The notes under the pieces: generated by a model
The model's input: only the letters and a program-made list of their open reading frames with translations
Database searches by the model: none
What the model was told of the DNA's origin: nothing
Assembly: GCA_964479945.1 (NCBI GenBank)
Contig: CAYZNS010000002.1
Span: 13,172-77,171, forward strand
DNA: 64,000 nucleotides
Origin: an uncultured Candidatus Saccharibacteria bacterium
GTDB taxonomy: Bacteria; Patescibacteriota; Minisyncoccia; Ryanbacterales; 2-02-FULL-48-12
Direction: 5' to 3'
Program-made: the position numbers and the translations under genes
In this document: piece after piece, positions 46,082-56,929 of the stretch
Position numbering within the stretch: the first letter of the stretch is position 1
Layout of the letters: each line of letters starts with the position of its first letter

Positions 46082-49000
46082 TTATGGATTTACCAAAAAC
46101 GTGGTGGGGTTCTCTGTCATGGTAAGATAATTAACACGCGCGCGATTAGCATAATCAATCCCCAGATAACTATAATATGCCCCGACGCGATAGAGTTTGG
46201 CAGGATCAAGAATAGGACCATCATACGCTTTTGAACCAGTCTGACTGCTGATAGGAACCGAAACAGTGCTTCGATATACCTGGGTTCTGCTTACTTCTTC
46301 ATGAACATGAATCGAGTAACCGGCTGTAATGGTGCTTGCCCAGTGAGCGGGCCATCCGCTTTGCGGCACGGTCCACTGAATGGTAAACGGCTGCAGGACC
46401 GGCGAGAACGCGGAGGTTGGACTTATAATACGCGTAGAAGATAATGCATGCTGATGCAGCATATCGGAAATAATGGTTTCAATGCCTGTGGAATCAACTA
46501 CCGCCACATAATAACTATATTCCCCGATGGGAACAGTATTGCCATAGTCAAATATGCGCGATGTTGCGGTCCATGCTTCATAATCTGTCCTGCAGGAAAA
46601 CCCGAGCGACCAATTTAGATCAGTGGTAACGCTCGTTCCGCACGCGGTACTGGCAAGTGGAAATGATCCACTCAACGCAAATTGAGTTTCTCCCGGTTTT
46701 TTCTCATAGAGCCGAATAGCGCGCACATCAGTAAATTTTGTTCTATCAAACCCGAAGCGAACAGACCGCACAAAGCGATGTGAATCGTACTGACTCCCTC
46801 CCCAATATCCGCCTTGATCTGATTTGACTTCTATACTCAATACTTTTGTAGCACTCGCTCCCGCGCTGTCGGTAACACCCGCGGTAAATGTATAGGTCCC
46901 GGGTACCACCAATGGCCATTGTGAAATCTGGCCGGTTGCAGCAAGTTTAAGCCCATTGGGGAAATTGCCTCCCACAATCTGCCATTGATAGGGCGCAACG
47001 CCTCCGGTTGCCGAAAGCGCTACACTACGCAGGGATCCATCTTGATTAACTCCAAAATAAGATATACCCCACGCGCCAGCTGGTAAATTAGTAGTTGTAA
47101 TAGAAAGCGTTGATGTGGTCAAAGCCGTAGAATCTATCCAAATAGTGGTTACGACCTCGGGCATTGCGTTATAAGTATCCCAAGCCAATGAGTCTTGATT
47201 CATGATAATACGGCCGGCATCAATGAGCACAATATACTTCTTTGCGGGATCAAGCGCTGGACCATCATAGACAAAGGATCCGGTTATGGATCCGGCGGGC
47301 GCATAATTATACATAAATTTCTGCCAATACACCTGCCGCGTATCGCTATCATAAAGAGCAATGCGATAACTAGGCGCTGTACCTACAGGCCAACCACTCG
47401 TAAGTGTCCATTGAAATGTTATAGGAGAACCGATTGTTTGAGCGCCAGATGGGCTTACAATTTTTACCTTCGGCGTTGCATACTTCTTGATTATTTTTGA
47501 TGAGGCACGCGCAAATCCGGATGGAGGAAGGATTGTTTCATTACCTGAAGAATCAACAGCTGCAACGTAATACTCGTAGGTACCAACCAGGTAGGTTGAT
47601 GAATGAAATTGGCTGGTGCGCCGGGCGGTCCATTGATCCAATGAGCCAAGTGGATCAGAGCGTCCACAGCCAAAATCCAATGCCCAACCGGTGACGCTAA
47701 CAACATTACTGTTACACCTCCATGACACGAGTAGCGAAAAGGTTGCCACAGAGTTAAACGCACTGTCTCCCGGCCGCTTTTCATAAATGCGTAGCGATTG
47801 TACAGTTGGATACGACGAGGTGGCGAAAGTGAAATTGACCCGATCAATAAATGTATCCGGCAGCCATCCATTGTGCCATGTGGCAGAAGCGGGTGCGTAA
47901 CCGACTCTGAAAGGACCGTCACTTGCATCCTTTATAGCTGGATCAGCCGAGTCAGAAATCTCAATCGTAAATCCAGTAAGGTTCTGCATGTTAGCCGGAA
48001 CACTCCAAGTATAGCTGAATGTACCGCTTTCCGCGTTCTGGGGAATTTTGGTTCCCAATGTCGTGAAGAGATTTCCATCCTTAAGTATTTTAATGGCAAC
48101 AGTTTTGGACACTAAACCGCTTGAGGTCCATGAAATAGTAACCATTTCATCAACCATCAAAAGTTCTCCGCTGTTTGGATAGAGTACCATTATGCTGGAT
48201 GCAGGAGCCGACGAAAGAGATGCAACGATCGGAGCCCCCGCAATCTCAATGGCTAACACCCGAGATCCGATGACACTTCTTCCATCAGTGGCCTCCACTG
48301 TGAACTCGGCTACCCCCGCGATGGAAGGCATACCGGAGATAACGCCGCTTGAAGAATCAAGAGCAAGACCTGAAGGCAATGAACCGACTTTCACACTCCA
48401 ACGGAGCGGCGCAACACCATTTACCGCCGTAAGTGCTGCACGGTATTCTTTCCCGACAACACCTGCGGGCAATCGTTCGTGGAAAAAGATATCACCCTTG
48501 AGATTAGAATCGCCAGGAACGAGATTTGAAAATGCTGAAGCAAAGGCCACAAATCGACCATCCGCGCTGATTGCTGGATCCCCGAAGATATGCGCAGCCG
48601 AACCCTGTTGGCCGCTATCAGAAATACTTACGCGGCTTGTCCGTTTTGTCTCCCGGTCATACACAAAAATATCGGGTTGGGAATTGGTATCTCCGACTAT
48701 GAGGTTTGAGGCGTAAGATTCAAAAACCATATAGCGGCCATCAGCACTGATTGTAGTATTTACGCTATGACCATTCCCTTCTCCTCCCATCGAGGAAACA
48801 CTCACCCGAGTCGTGGTCTTAGCAACACGATCGTGGACAAACACATCCCCCACGCCATTAGCATCACCAGAGATAAGATCAGATGCGCTAGAAACAAACG
48901 TGACATAGCGGCCGTCAGAACTTATTGATGGCGCATAAAGAGAGCTTGGCCCTGCGATACCGGTACTCTGGAGGCCACTATTCGTGATACTCACACGCGT

Positions 49001-52000
49001 AGTCTCTTTTGTATCTCGATTATGCACAAACACATCGCCAAGACCATTTGTATCACCGGAAACAAGCCCCGTAGAAAAAGAAAGGAATGCCACAAACTTG
49101 CCATTGGCGCTGATGGCCGGATAAAAACTTGATGCTCCAAATCCCTGACCACCGCTTGAAGAAACGCTCACGCGGGTTGTTGTTCTGGTCTCTCTATCGT
49201 GAATAAAGATATCCTGCTGTAAGTTGGTATCACCCGTAACCAAATTTGATGCATCAGAAGCAAAAACAATATATCGCCCGTCGGCGCTCAAACTCGGCGT
49301 CTGACTCACGCCATTTGACTGACTACCACCGTCGGCTATGCTCACGCGGGTTGTTGTTCTGGTCTCTCTATCGTGAATAAAGATATCCGACATGCCATTG
49401 GTGTCATCTGACACAAGGTTGGTTGCTGTTGAGCTAAAAACTATATATCGCCCGTCAGCGCTTATTACTGGTACATCATCTGTTGCTGGTGATGGACCAT
49501 TTGCCTGTGTGCCGTCATTTGCTACATTCACACGGGTTGTTGTTTTGGTTTCTCGATCATGAATGAAGATATCTGACACGCCATTGGTGTCATCTGATAC
49601 CAAGTTAGTGGCTATTGAGCTAAATACCACATACCGTCCATTACTACTTATAGCGGGGCCGCCGCTACTTATATTGTTTCCCTGCGTGCCATTACTTGAT
49701 ACACTTACGCGGGTCGTGGCAGGCGGTGTGATATAAATTGCGGCGCTTGATACGGTTGGCGCAACTGTGATACTAAAGTTCTCGGTGTCACTCAAACCAT
49801 CCCTATCAGAAACTTTGGCAGTAAAATTGAAAGTGCCAGATGTAGTAGGATTGCCCGAAATGCTTCCCTGGTCATTAACGGTGGTAAGCGCAAGGCCAGC
49901 CGGAAGCGCGCCGGCCGCAATGCTCCAGGCAAACGGCGGCGTTCCGCTTTGCACAGAAATTTTTGCGCTATACAGTGTTCCAACTGTTCCGCCTGGTAAC
50001 TGTGCAAAGACAATTTCAGGAACCGGCTGCGGGGCAGTTGTTGTTTGCGTAGAAACTGGCGCAGGAACCGGTCCGTTGGAAAATACCGCGCCGCGTGCAA
50101 CAGAAAGAACAGCACCTCCTATTTCTACATGGGGAATCAGTTGATTAACAAAACCTCCCCATGCGTAACTCCCCGGGCCGTCAGTAATCAGTGCCCAGTT
50201 GGCGCCGGAGTCGGATGATTTATACAACCCATCGCCTTGGCATGTGGTATAGGTAATCGCGTACATCGCTTCGCTTTCAGCGCTACCCAAAACTCGACCG
50301 TTTTGGAATGAAACTGGCAGCGTTCCTCCCCGAATCCATGTAGAGCCGTGATCCATTGAAGTATATGCAACAAGATGTGTTGATCCCCGTTCTACTGTTC
50401 CGCCAGTGTAGGGATCTTCTGGAATTTTCCCGATAAAGAACAGTTGTCCATCTTTATTTTTAGCAATTCTGTACTGGTGGGGATTGCCGCCCCAGTAAAG
50501 ATACGCGCTGAACGTTTTTGTCAAGGTTCCATTGATCCAGCGATAGATGCCGCGGTACTGCTTTGAATCGCTTACTTGTATATCTTCTGAATCCATAAAT
50601 ACCAGTGCGCCATCGTCCGCCTCCACGATGGATTCTAACCATCTGGAATGCGTGAATAATTTCTGCCACGTTGCCCCGCTATCGGCGCTGCGATATACCT
50701 CGGCAGTGCCATAGAGTGAGAGACCAACGGTGGCGACAAGCACGTTGTCTCGCTGCACAAGAAGATTATTCACTACTACGGAATCGGACGGCGAAAGCGC
50801 AGACGGCGGCTTTTGCACGAATATCCATGTGGCGCCACCGTCATTACTTTTCCAAAGTCGCGAGCCGCCGGCAAATAACACACCATTTTTATCCTCTGCG
50901 AGGGAGCGTATAGAATCATAGGTGCGATTCGGGTCAGATACAACATAGGGGATATTCACCAATGTCCACGTTTTCCCGTTATCAGATGATTTGCCGATAA
51001 CTGGAACTTTCGCGGTTATTGTTCCCGCGCTGTCTTTTACTGATTTCACTCCGCCCGCGATTAACGCGCCGTTTTTAGTTTTGATCATGTCTGCCATGAC
51101 GATATTTTCCAGATTATTTTTTGTTGAATCGCTTGTAGAAAAATTCCATGTTGCCGGATCCCATCCCGTTTCAAAACTTCCTACCCATTGAAAGTCGGGG
51201 GTAGCTGGACACGTAAGGATTGCCGTGGACGATGCTGGCGCAATTGTGATACTAAAGTTCTCGGTGTCACTCAAACCATCCCTATCAGAAACTTTGGCGG
51301 TGAAATTGAAAGTGCCAGCGGTGATAGGATTGCCTGAAATGCTTCCTTGGCCATCAACGGTGGCAAGCGCAAGGCCAGCCGGAAGCGCGCCGGCCGCAAC
51401 ACTCCATGTAAACGGCGGCGTTCCGCTTTGCACAGAGATTTTTGCGCTATATGGTGTGCCAACTGTTCCGCCTGGCAACTGTGCAAAGACAATTTCGGGA
51501 ACAGGATTGTTTGCTACTGAAAACAAAATAGGATAATCATCCGTGTTGACGTTGCCCGCGCTATCCTGACATCGGACATTATATCCAAATCCTGTTGGGT
51601 ACGACGGACTTATCGACATCACCGATACAACCGAGGAATGAGATGTGGAATTCGTATTGGAAAATGTATTTGCCATTTGCTCATAACTTACCCCTGACGC
51701 ATCCGCAGAATATTTACAAGTAGCATTTTCATCAGTATTCAATGATATAGTGACGGATGTCGTGCCTGCGGGAAACGTGCCGGAAGGCGCTTCATTGAAA
51801 CGCACGGGAGGAGTGATATCCGTAGAAGGCGGCAGAACCGATCCGGTTATAGTGGAGGCAGAACCTGAAAACCAGCGAACGTGAACGGCGCTGTTTCCTT
51901 CAAAACAATATTGATATTGTTCTGACTCTGCAAGCGCTGTTTTCGTTTGTCCAAATCCTCGCAGACTGCGAGATTTACTATTTATGCATGCCTGAAAAAC

Positions 52001-52939
52001 ATTCTCTCCCGTTTTTGCCGCGAGTCCGACCACTCTCCCTGGAGTAACACGGTCAAAACAAGGCCGCGTAGTGGAACTTGCGCAATTACTGCCGGTAAGA
52101 CCAGAAAGCATTGCTCTGGTTTTAGGCCCCACAATGCCAACCGCCTCAATGCCATTCTTTTCTTGAAAGCGCTTTACGGCCGCTTCCGTCGCGGGCCCAT
52201 AAAACCCCGTTGCAAGGCCTTGGGGATAAACATTTTTATCTTGCGCCAAAAATTCCTGTAATTGTTTTACATCATCTCCGGTAGATCCGCGTTGTAATGT
52301 TCTCGTAAGCGCGAGTTCTGACATAGGAGATGCTGATCTTTGAATTCTTGAAACAACTTGCTGTTGAGATTGTAATTCCGCAACTTGTGTTTGTAATAAT
52401 TGGATCCGGTTTTGTAATTCTTTAGTAAGCTGTTCTTGAACTTCCCCGATTTGCGTTCGCAAGTTTTGTATTACTTCTTTTGTCTCTTGCGATGATTGCT
52501 GTTGGACAACTTCCGGTTGAATAACAGGAGACTGCGGACATGTATAACAAACTTCCGCTTTTGGCGAAGACCCAAGTTGAGTAGGTGTTGCTTCTTCCGC
52601 CGGTGTTGCAGACTGATCTGTTCCCACATAAGGCTGTGCCGGAGTTGCCTGTTGCGCTGGTTGTGTGGAAGTAGGCGGCGTGCTTACCGGAAAAGAAGGA
52701 ACAATAGGAGTTATTTTTTTATCCGGTGTCGCAGGAGTTGCGGGAGTACTGGTTCCTCTCGCTGGTTGAGCAGGAGTAGCAGCCGCAAACAACGACAAAA
52801 AAGCCTGCTGTAAAGACGCAAGCTGTGATTGTAATTGTTGGATGGTATGGAAATCGTTATGATCCGCAAACGCGGCAATTGGCGAGAATGCTAATGCAAT
52901 AAAAAAACTGCTTGATAAAAAAACATGCTTTATCTTCAT
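46082..52939 (-). CDS. 2285-aa secreted multidomain surface protein with coiled-coil, peptidoglycan-binding, putative-Ig (cadherin-like), BNR/Asp-box propeller and ~9 PD40/TolB-like repeats
   Basis: Signal peptide. PG_binding_1-like LQRGSTGDDVKQLQEFL...GPATEAAVKRFQ. Repeated SxDxGxTW Asp-boxes. Repeated DIFIHDRETxTTTRVSV WD40-like blades. Two Ig-like domains near-identical at the DNA level. Confidence 0.7.
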   Translation of the reverse strand: MKIKHVFLSSSFFIALAFSPIAAFADHNDFHTIQQLQSQLASLQQAFLSLFAAATPAQPARGTSTPATPATPDKKITPIVPSFPVSTPPTSTQPAQQATPAQPYVGTDQSATPAEEATPTQLGSSPKAEVCYTCPQSPVIQPEVVQQQSSQETKEVIQNLRTQIGEVQEQLTKELQNRIQLLQTQVAELQSQQQVVSRIQRSASPMSELALTRTLQRGSTGDDVKQLQEFLAQDKNVYPQGLATGFYGPATEAAVKRFQEKNGIEAVGIVGPKTRAMLSGLTGSNCASSTTRPCFDRVTPGRVVGLAAKTGENVFQACINSKSRSLRGFGQTKTALAESEQYQYCFEGNSAVHVRWFSGSASTITGSVLPPSTDITPPVRFNEAPSGTFPAGTTSVTISLNTDENATCKYSADASGVSYEQMANTFSNTNSTSHSSVVSVMSISPSYPTGFGYNVRCQDSAGNVNTDDYPILFSVANNPVPEIVFAQLPGGTVGTPYSAKISVQSGTPPFTWSVAAGALPAGLALATVDGQGSISGNPITAGTFNFTAKVSDRDGLSDTENFSITIAPASSTAILTCPATPDFQWVGSFETGWDPATWNFSTSDSTKNNLENIVMADMIKTKNGALIAGGVKSVKDSAGTITAKVPVIGKSSDNGKTWTLVNIPYVVSDPNRTYDSIRSLAEDKNGVLFAGGSRLWKSNDGGATWIFVQKPPSALSPSDSVVVNNLLVQRDNVLVATVGLSLYGTAEVYRSADSGATWQKLFTHSRWLESIVEADDGALVFMDSEDIQVSDSKQYRGIYRWINGTLTKTFSAYLYWGGNPHQYRIAKNKDGQLFFIGKIPEDPYTGGTVERGSTHLVAYTSMDHGSTWIRGGTLPVSFQNGRVLGSAESEAMYAITYTTCQGDGLYKSSDSGANWALITDGPGSYAWGGFVNQLIPHVEIGGAVLSVARGAVFSNGPVPAPVSTQTTTAPQPVPEIVFAQLPGGTVGTLYSAKISVQSGTPPFAWSIAAGALPAGLALTTVNDQGSISGNPTTSGTFNFTAKVSDRDGLSDTENFSITVAPTVSSAAIYITPPATTRVSVSSNGTQGNNISSGGPAISSNGRYVVFSSIATNLVSDDTNGVSDIFIHDRETKTTTRVNVANDGTQANGPSPATDDVPVISADGRYIVFSSTATNLVSDDTNGMSDIFIHDRETRTTTRVSIADGGSQSNGVSQTPSLSADGRYIVFASDASNLVTGDTNLQQDIFIHDRETRTTTRVSVSSSGGQGFGASSFYPAISANGKFVAFLSFSTGLVSGDTNGLGDVFVHNRDTKETTRVSITNSGLQSTGIAGPSSLYAPSISSDGRYVTFVSSASDLISGDANGVGDVFVHDRVAKTTTRVSVSSMGGEGNGHSVNTTISADGRYMVFESYASNLIVGDTNSQPDIFVYDRETKRTSRVSISDSGQQGSAAHIFGDPAISADGRFVAFASAFSNLVPGDSNLKGDIFFHERLPAGVVGKEYRAALTAVNGVAPLRWSVKVGSLPSGLALDSSSGVISGMPSIAGVAEFTVEATDGRSVIGSRVLAIEIAGAPIVASLSSAPASSIMVLYPNSGELLMVDEMVTISWTSSGLVSKTVAIKILKDGNLFTTLGTKIPQNAESGTFSYTWSVPANMQNLTGFTIEISDSADPAIKDASDGPFRVGYAPASATWHNGWLPDTFIDRVNFTFATSSYPTVQSLRIYEKRPGDSAFNSVATFSLLVSWRCNSNVVSVTGWALDFGCGRSDPLGSLDQWTARRTSQFHSSTYLVGTYEYYVAAVDSSGNETILPPSGFARASSKIIKKYATPKVKIVSPSGAQTIGSPITFQWTLTSGWPVGTAPSYRIALYDSDTRQVYWQKFMYNYAPAGSITGSFVYDGPALDPAKKYIVLIDAGRIIMNQDSLAWDTYNAMPEVVTTIWIDSTALTTSTLSITTTNLPAGAWGISYFGVNQDGSLRSVALSATGGVAPYQWQIVGGNFPNGLKLAATGQISQWPLVVPGTYTFTAGVTDSAGASATKVLSIEVKSDQGGYWGGSQYDSHRFVRSVRFGFDRTKFTDVRAIRLYEKKPGETQFALSGSFPLASTACGTSVTTDLNWSLGFSCRTDYEAWTATSRIFDYGNTVPIGEYSYYVAVVDSTGIETIISDMLHQHALSSTRIISPTSAFSPVLQPFTIQWTVPQSGWPAHWASTITAGYSIHVHEEVSRTQVYRSTVSVPISSQTGSKAYDGPILDPAKLYRVGAYYSYLGIDYANRARVNYLTMTENPTTFLVNP
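49780..50045. repeat. intragenic near-identical ~270-bp duplication (copy 1; copy 2 at ~51245-51510)
   Basis: Plus-strand ORF-track translations of the two regions are ~90% identical. They encode VPEIVFAQLPGGTVGT...DRDGLSDTENFSIT. Confidence 0.7.
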
Positions 52940-53152
52940 ATTAAAAAGAAACCGCTACCAACTTTGAGGCGACATGCATGGTCATTACATTATAGTAATA
53001 AAATTCGACGTTTTTATAATACCACACGCCTGCAATTTAAATTTATATTCCTGTGGATAAAATTACGGTACACTATAGACATTACATTATGAAATAGCAC
53101 TCTGACGACCCGAACGCTAATTGGCGTTCGGGTCGTCAAAGCACAATGAGCG

Positions 53153-53944
53153 CTATTTCATACTGTGCGTTCTATATATCTCTACAGAAGCAGTTGCCTC
53201 CCGATATTGGCAATAGTCGCATCCCTTTCTTTGAACAGGCATATCATCCGAATCTAGACATAGCTTGATGTCTCCAAGCATTCCTTCAACCCATCCGTCA
53301 TCTCCGGTATAAGGAATAAGTTTTACATCAAACTCCAGCTTGCCGTCAAAAGCGGCGCGGTCTGTGCGCCCGTTGCAGTACACAAAATACCCCGTGTCAG
53401 ACACTAAGTGTTTGACATTACCATGCCGCAGGAGCCATTGGTATATTTCCATCTGCCGCTTGTAGCCCATCTGCCAATCGGCATCTATATTCACCTCCGC
53501 ATCTTTGGCGGTACTTTTATAATCAACCACGATCAGTTCTTTTTTTGGGTTTACCCAGATGTCATCTACGGCGCCCGTAACCAAAAAGTTTGTCGGCTTG
53601 TGCAAAAACTGCACGCCCTTAAAATTCTCCCGCCATTCGTCCATCATTTCGTGCTGAAATGGCACCGCGTCCACGCCATAATGTTCCATCAAAGGGTGCT
53701 TGGTATTTGCCGCGCGATGAATGTCAAATTCTTTTTTTAAAAGTTTGTCCACCGCGGAGTTCAGATTAAATGGAAACCCGGGTGGGCGTCCGATACCCAG
53801 CCGCCGGTCCAGATAAAAACACCGTGGACACTCGATGTAAAGCTCAATTTTGGAACGCGAAAGCTTAAACGGCTCGCTGCCGCCCGGCGCATACACATTC
53901 CTCGTCCGGTTTGCATGGTAGTATTGGGACATATTCGTAATCAA
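53153..53944 (-). CDS. PD-(D/E)xK nuclease with Cas4/AddB-like Fe-S cysteine cluster
   Basis: N-terminal ECPRC, IVVDYKS (D-x-K) and C-terminal C...CDYC. Carries an in-frame copy of the TGTCAGACACTAAGTGTTTGACA palindrome at 53395-53417. Confidence 0.5.
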   Translation of the reverse strand: MITNMSQYYHANRTRNVYAPGGSEPFKLSRSKIELYIECPRCFYLDRRLGIGRPPGFPFNLNSAVDKLLKKEFDIHRAANTKHPLMEHYGVDAVPFQHEMMDEWRENFKGVQFLHKPTNFLVTGAVDDIWVNPKKELIVVDYKSTAKDAEVNIDADWQMGYKRQMEIYQWLLRHGNVKHLVSDTGYFVYCNGRTDRAAFDGKLEFDVKLIPYTGDDGWVEGMLGDIKLCLDSDDMPVQRKGCDYCQYREATASVEIYRTHSMK

Positions 53945-54456
53945 TGATTTTGTTCTTCCTTGAATTCAAAACCTTGAAATATCGCATGCATGCGCTGCAA
54001 CAACGCATGCATCAAAATAAACTCCTTTTCAGAGGCGGAAGAAAGCCGCGCGGTGATGGCGTGATATTCATGTTCGTCCAACATTCCACTGCCAAGATAG
54101 CCGCCAATTTCGCGTTCAATACGTTCCCATGTAATCGGTTCTTGCTGAGGAATAAAATAATAATCTGGCATCGCTTTTGAGAGCATTTCGGATGCTTGCA
54201 CCCAAAACAATGGGGAGGAATCCGGCAGAGAGGATTGCGTATCTATAATTTCTTGTATTCCTTCTTTTTCACGCGTTACACCGCGTATATATGTCGGCTG
54301 AATGGAAAGCAAAATTTTCTCAATCGCGGCATACCTATGCTTGTCAGTATTTTTTTCAGCAAGAAAAAAGTTGCCTTGATTACGTTTTATTTTCGCGGCA
54401 TAGGCGCCTGACTGTTTTTGAAACACAAAAATACAATTCATATCAATATTCATCAT
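53941..54456 (-). CDS. hypothetical protein
   Basis: 171-aa ORF with no motifs. Confidence 0.3.
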   Translation of the reverse strand: MMNIDMNCIFVFQKQSGAYAAKIKRNQGNFFLAEKNTDKHRYAAIEKILLSIQPTYIRGVTREKEGIQEIIDTQSSLPDSSPLFWVQASEMLSKAMPDYYFIPQQEPITWERIEREIGGYLGSGMLDEHEYHAITARLSSASEKEFILMHALLQRMHAIFQGFEFKEEQNH

Positions 54457-55474
54457 CTTCCGGCGTTATTGACAGTCTGTCCGCCGGTGGAATTTCGAGT
54501 ACATTTTTGTTTTCTTCACCATATATATGTATCTCAGATTCCACACGCGGATCCCACGTCTCGTCATTTCCCATCTCACGCAGAAGGCGCACCATTGCCT
54601 GAAAGCGAGCAGGATGCTCTTGAGAAAACAAGAGGGGGGTGTGTATCGTATCAGCGAACGATACAGCAAAATCTTCAATAATTTTATCGTGTATATATTT
54701 TTCCCCAATTGCTGCCGGATAGGGCGATACATCTTTTTTTTCCTGCCGCATTGCGCCGAGCCATCGCGACGAAATGCCATCTACATCTTCCCCATGTACA
54801 ATATGACCGAGTTCATGTAAAAAAGTTTCCTCTTCCTTCCAAGGTGTATGTTCCGCCTTTGCCTGCGTGTATAATTGTATAATTTGTTGTTCCGTGCCAA
54901 ATCCTGTAACACGCGCGGCAACGGTACTTGTCTGAGCCCATTCCTCATTCTCAAAGTTCGCAATGTTTCCTGTAAGCTCCTCGGGGGTACCGGGCCGCAC
55001 TTCTATGGAATCAATCAGCCGCGACACTATCATATGCCGCAAACCCGGGCCGAGTTTTAAAAATATGTTTGCATAATCTTTGTCCTGCATATCACGTTCC
55101 GGAAATCGTTCTTTTCCAACAGGCGCTGCAACATCTATTTTCTCAAGCAATTTTTCCGTATGCTGCGTGCGGGTGACTTCATCAAGCGGATAATCATACA
55201 GCTGTTCGTGTGTAATACCGCTTGGATGTTCAACATCTGCCTTCTTCATAACGCCGGTTTCCGCGCCTATAAGCATAAGGGTTGCCAAGGCCGCATGATT
55301 CACTTTTTTATTAAACGCATGCCATCTTTTAGCCCACGGCGCTTTTTTGTGTTCAATGCGGGCGTCCTCCGCAAAACGCAAAATGCGCTCCTTTCTTAAA
55401 GGAAGAGAATCCATATCGGCAGAGGGTATATGTTCTACCGCATGTTGTGGCAACTCTTGATTACGCATATCCAA
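54443..55474 (-). CDS. HExxH (HELGH) putative zinc metallopeptidase-like protein
   Basis: 343 aa with a single HELGHIVHGE motif. Confidence 0.35.
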   Translation of the reverse strand: MDMRNQELPQHAVEHIPSADMDSLPLRKERILRFAEDARIEHKKAPWAKRWHAFNKKVNHAALATLMLIGAETGVMKKADVEHPSGITHEQLYDYPLDEVTRTQHTEKLLEKIDVAAPVGKERFPERDMQDKDYANIFLKLGPGLRHMIVSRLIDSIEVRPGTPEELTGNIANFENEEWAQTSTVAARVTGFGTEQQIIQLYTQAKAEHTPWKEEETFLHELGHIVHGEDVDGISSRWLGAMRQEKKDVSPYPAAIGEKYIHDKIIEDFAVSFADTIHTPLLFSQEHPARFQAMVRLLREMGNDETWDPRVESEIHIYGEENKNVLEIPPADRLSITPEDDEY

Positions 55475-55476
55475 AT

Positions 55477-56400
55477 TTACCGAATCCCCGTGTCGCAGGA
55501 TATGTCTGCCGTTATCCAGTTTTCATGAACAACGATCTCAACTTCCTCACACGCCGGAAACGGCGACCTGCCCATTGTACGCAAAACATAGGCAGTACCT
55601 GGGAGTTCAACGCGATAAAATCCATCTTCATCCGTAGAAACAGTTTTTATATATTCAGTACCATTTGCTTTATAAATGGCAATTTGAGTTTTGTATGGCT
55701 TATCCGCGCATTCTTCATCAGGAGGTTCCTTCACTACGGGACAGGTCGGGCCAAGTATCACGCGGCCTTCAATGCCAGAGGTTTGAAATTTCTGATCCCC
55801 ATCCCCCATCTCTTGCAAGCACCGTCCTATGGCTGCCGTCAGCGTCCAGCCGCACTGGCCGTCTGCCTGCCGCTCGCATACTGCCTGTTCATAGCATGCA
55901 TACTCCGCGCGATACTCGCATGTTGTGACAACATCGCCATCCGCGCATACCTGCCCGCTGCATCCCGTAACCATGCAGCCGCCCCGCTCGCGCCCGGTTT
56001 CTTCTATAATTTCCCCTTCGCCGGTATCTTTTTTTACACCGCTGTCTTGTTTCCCATCCTCCATCTTAGTTTCCGTGGTATCTTCATCCAGCTTTTCAAC
56101 AAATGTCCGCCCATCCGGCGTACGGCACTGCCGGGGGTGGGATTCCCCGCCTACTTGGCGGGCAGGCATTACCGGATATCCGGCAGCTTCGCAGTCTGCA
56201 AAATTTAAAACATCTGCCCCCTTGGGTTCTGTCCATAGCTCACCGCGCAACAAAAACCCTCCTACCAATAAAAGGATACCAAGACCAAGCAATATACATA
56301 ATCGCGTTTTAGAAAGATACATACTATTCGTATGGTAGCACAACCAGAATATAAATTCAGCCGCAGTGCTCTTGATAGTACTTGATTTTTTTGATAGCAT
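55477..56400 (-). CDS. secreted Cys-rich protein with C-terminal carboxypeptidase-regulatory-like beta-sandwich
   Basis: Signal/TM. Cys-cluster CMVTGCSGQVCADGDVVTTCEYRAEYACYEQAVCERQADGQCGW. C-terminal GRVILGPTCPVV...DGFYRVELP. Confidence 0.35.
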   Translation of the reverse strand: MLSKKSSTIKSTAAEFIFWLCYHTNSMYLSKTRLCILLGLGILLLVGGFLLRGELWTEPKGADVLNFADCEAAGYPVMPARQVGGESHPRQCRTPDGRTFVEKLDEDTTETKMEDGKQDSGVKKDTGEGEIIEETGRERGGCMVTGCSGQVCADGDVVTTCEYRAEYACYEQAVCERQADGQCGWTLTAAIGRCLQEMGDGDQKFQTSGIEGRVILGPTCPVVKEPPDEECADKPYKTQIAIYKANGTEYIKTVSTDEDGFYRVELPGTAYVLRTMGRSPFPACEEVEIVVHENWITADISCDTGIR

Positions 56401-56423
56401 TCAAAATGAAAGGAGGTGGATGT

Positions 56424-56867
56424 ATGCATAAGCTTCATGGTACCGAATCACTGTTTCCCCATTTGGAACAGAAATACGCTAACAAGCGCTTCTATAATAC
56501 TTTAATCTTGCACTCTACGGCTAAAAAGGATCACGAATATGCGGTTTTAATATCTTCATCTCTCGAACATTTTAATATTCGCCATAAGCGCCAACAGCTC
56601 TCACCATTGGATCTTCTTGAGCCTGTTTCTTTCGATCGCGAGCGCGTGTTAATTGTCGCGCCAGCATCGTTGGCAACATTGCCAGAACAGCCAGCTATAC
56701 TTGTACGACTACAGCGCCTTGCGAAGCAGTTTAAGAAATTGGAAGAAAGGATGCTATTGGTGCTCCACCTTTCAAACGAATGGTGGATATACGAAAATGG
56801 TTTTATGCACAAATATGGGGAATTCACAGAATTTCTCGAAGGCGTGTTATTTGCGCTTGCGAAATAA
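56424..56867 (+). CDS. hypothetical protein
   Basis: ORF with a start at MHKLHG. Followed by a terminator. Confidence 0.3.
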   Translation: MHKLHGTESLFPHLEQKYANKRFYNTLILHSTAKKDHEYAVLISSSLEHFNIRHKRQQLSPLDLLEPVSFDRERVLIVAPASLATLPEQPAILVRLQRLAKQFKKLEERMLLVLHLSNEWWIYENGFMHKYGEFTEFLEGVLFALAK

Positions 56868-56884
56868 AACCATCTAAAAAGCGC

Positions 56885-56914
56885 AAATGCCCGGACCCTC
56901 GGGCATTTTTATTT
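56885..56914. terminator. bidirectional terminator atgcccg-gaccct-cgggcattttt
   Basis: 7-bp stem plus a T5 run. Lies between convergent genes. Confidence 0.65.
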
Positions 56915-56929
56915 TATTTGAAATGAAAT

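Noticed and set aside
47195-52813. Plus-strand ORFs inside the giant gene (for example 49767..50144, 51225..51536, 48192..48716)
   Set aside because: They are antisense to a continuous 2285-aa minus-strand ORF with clear domain content. The two similar ones merely reflect the internal DNA duplication.
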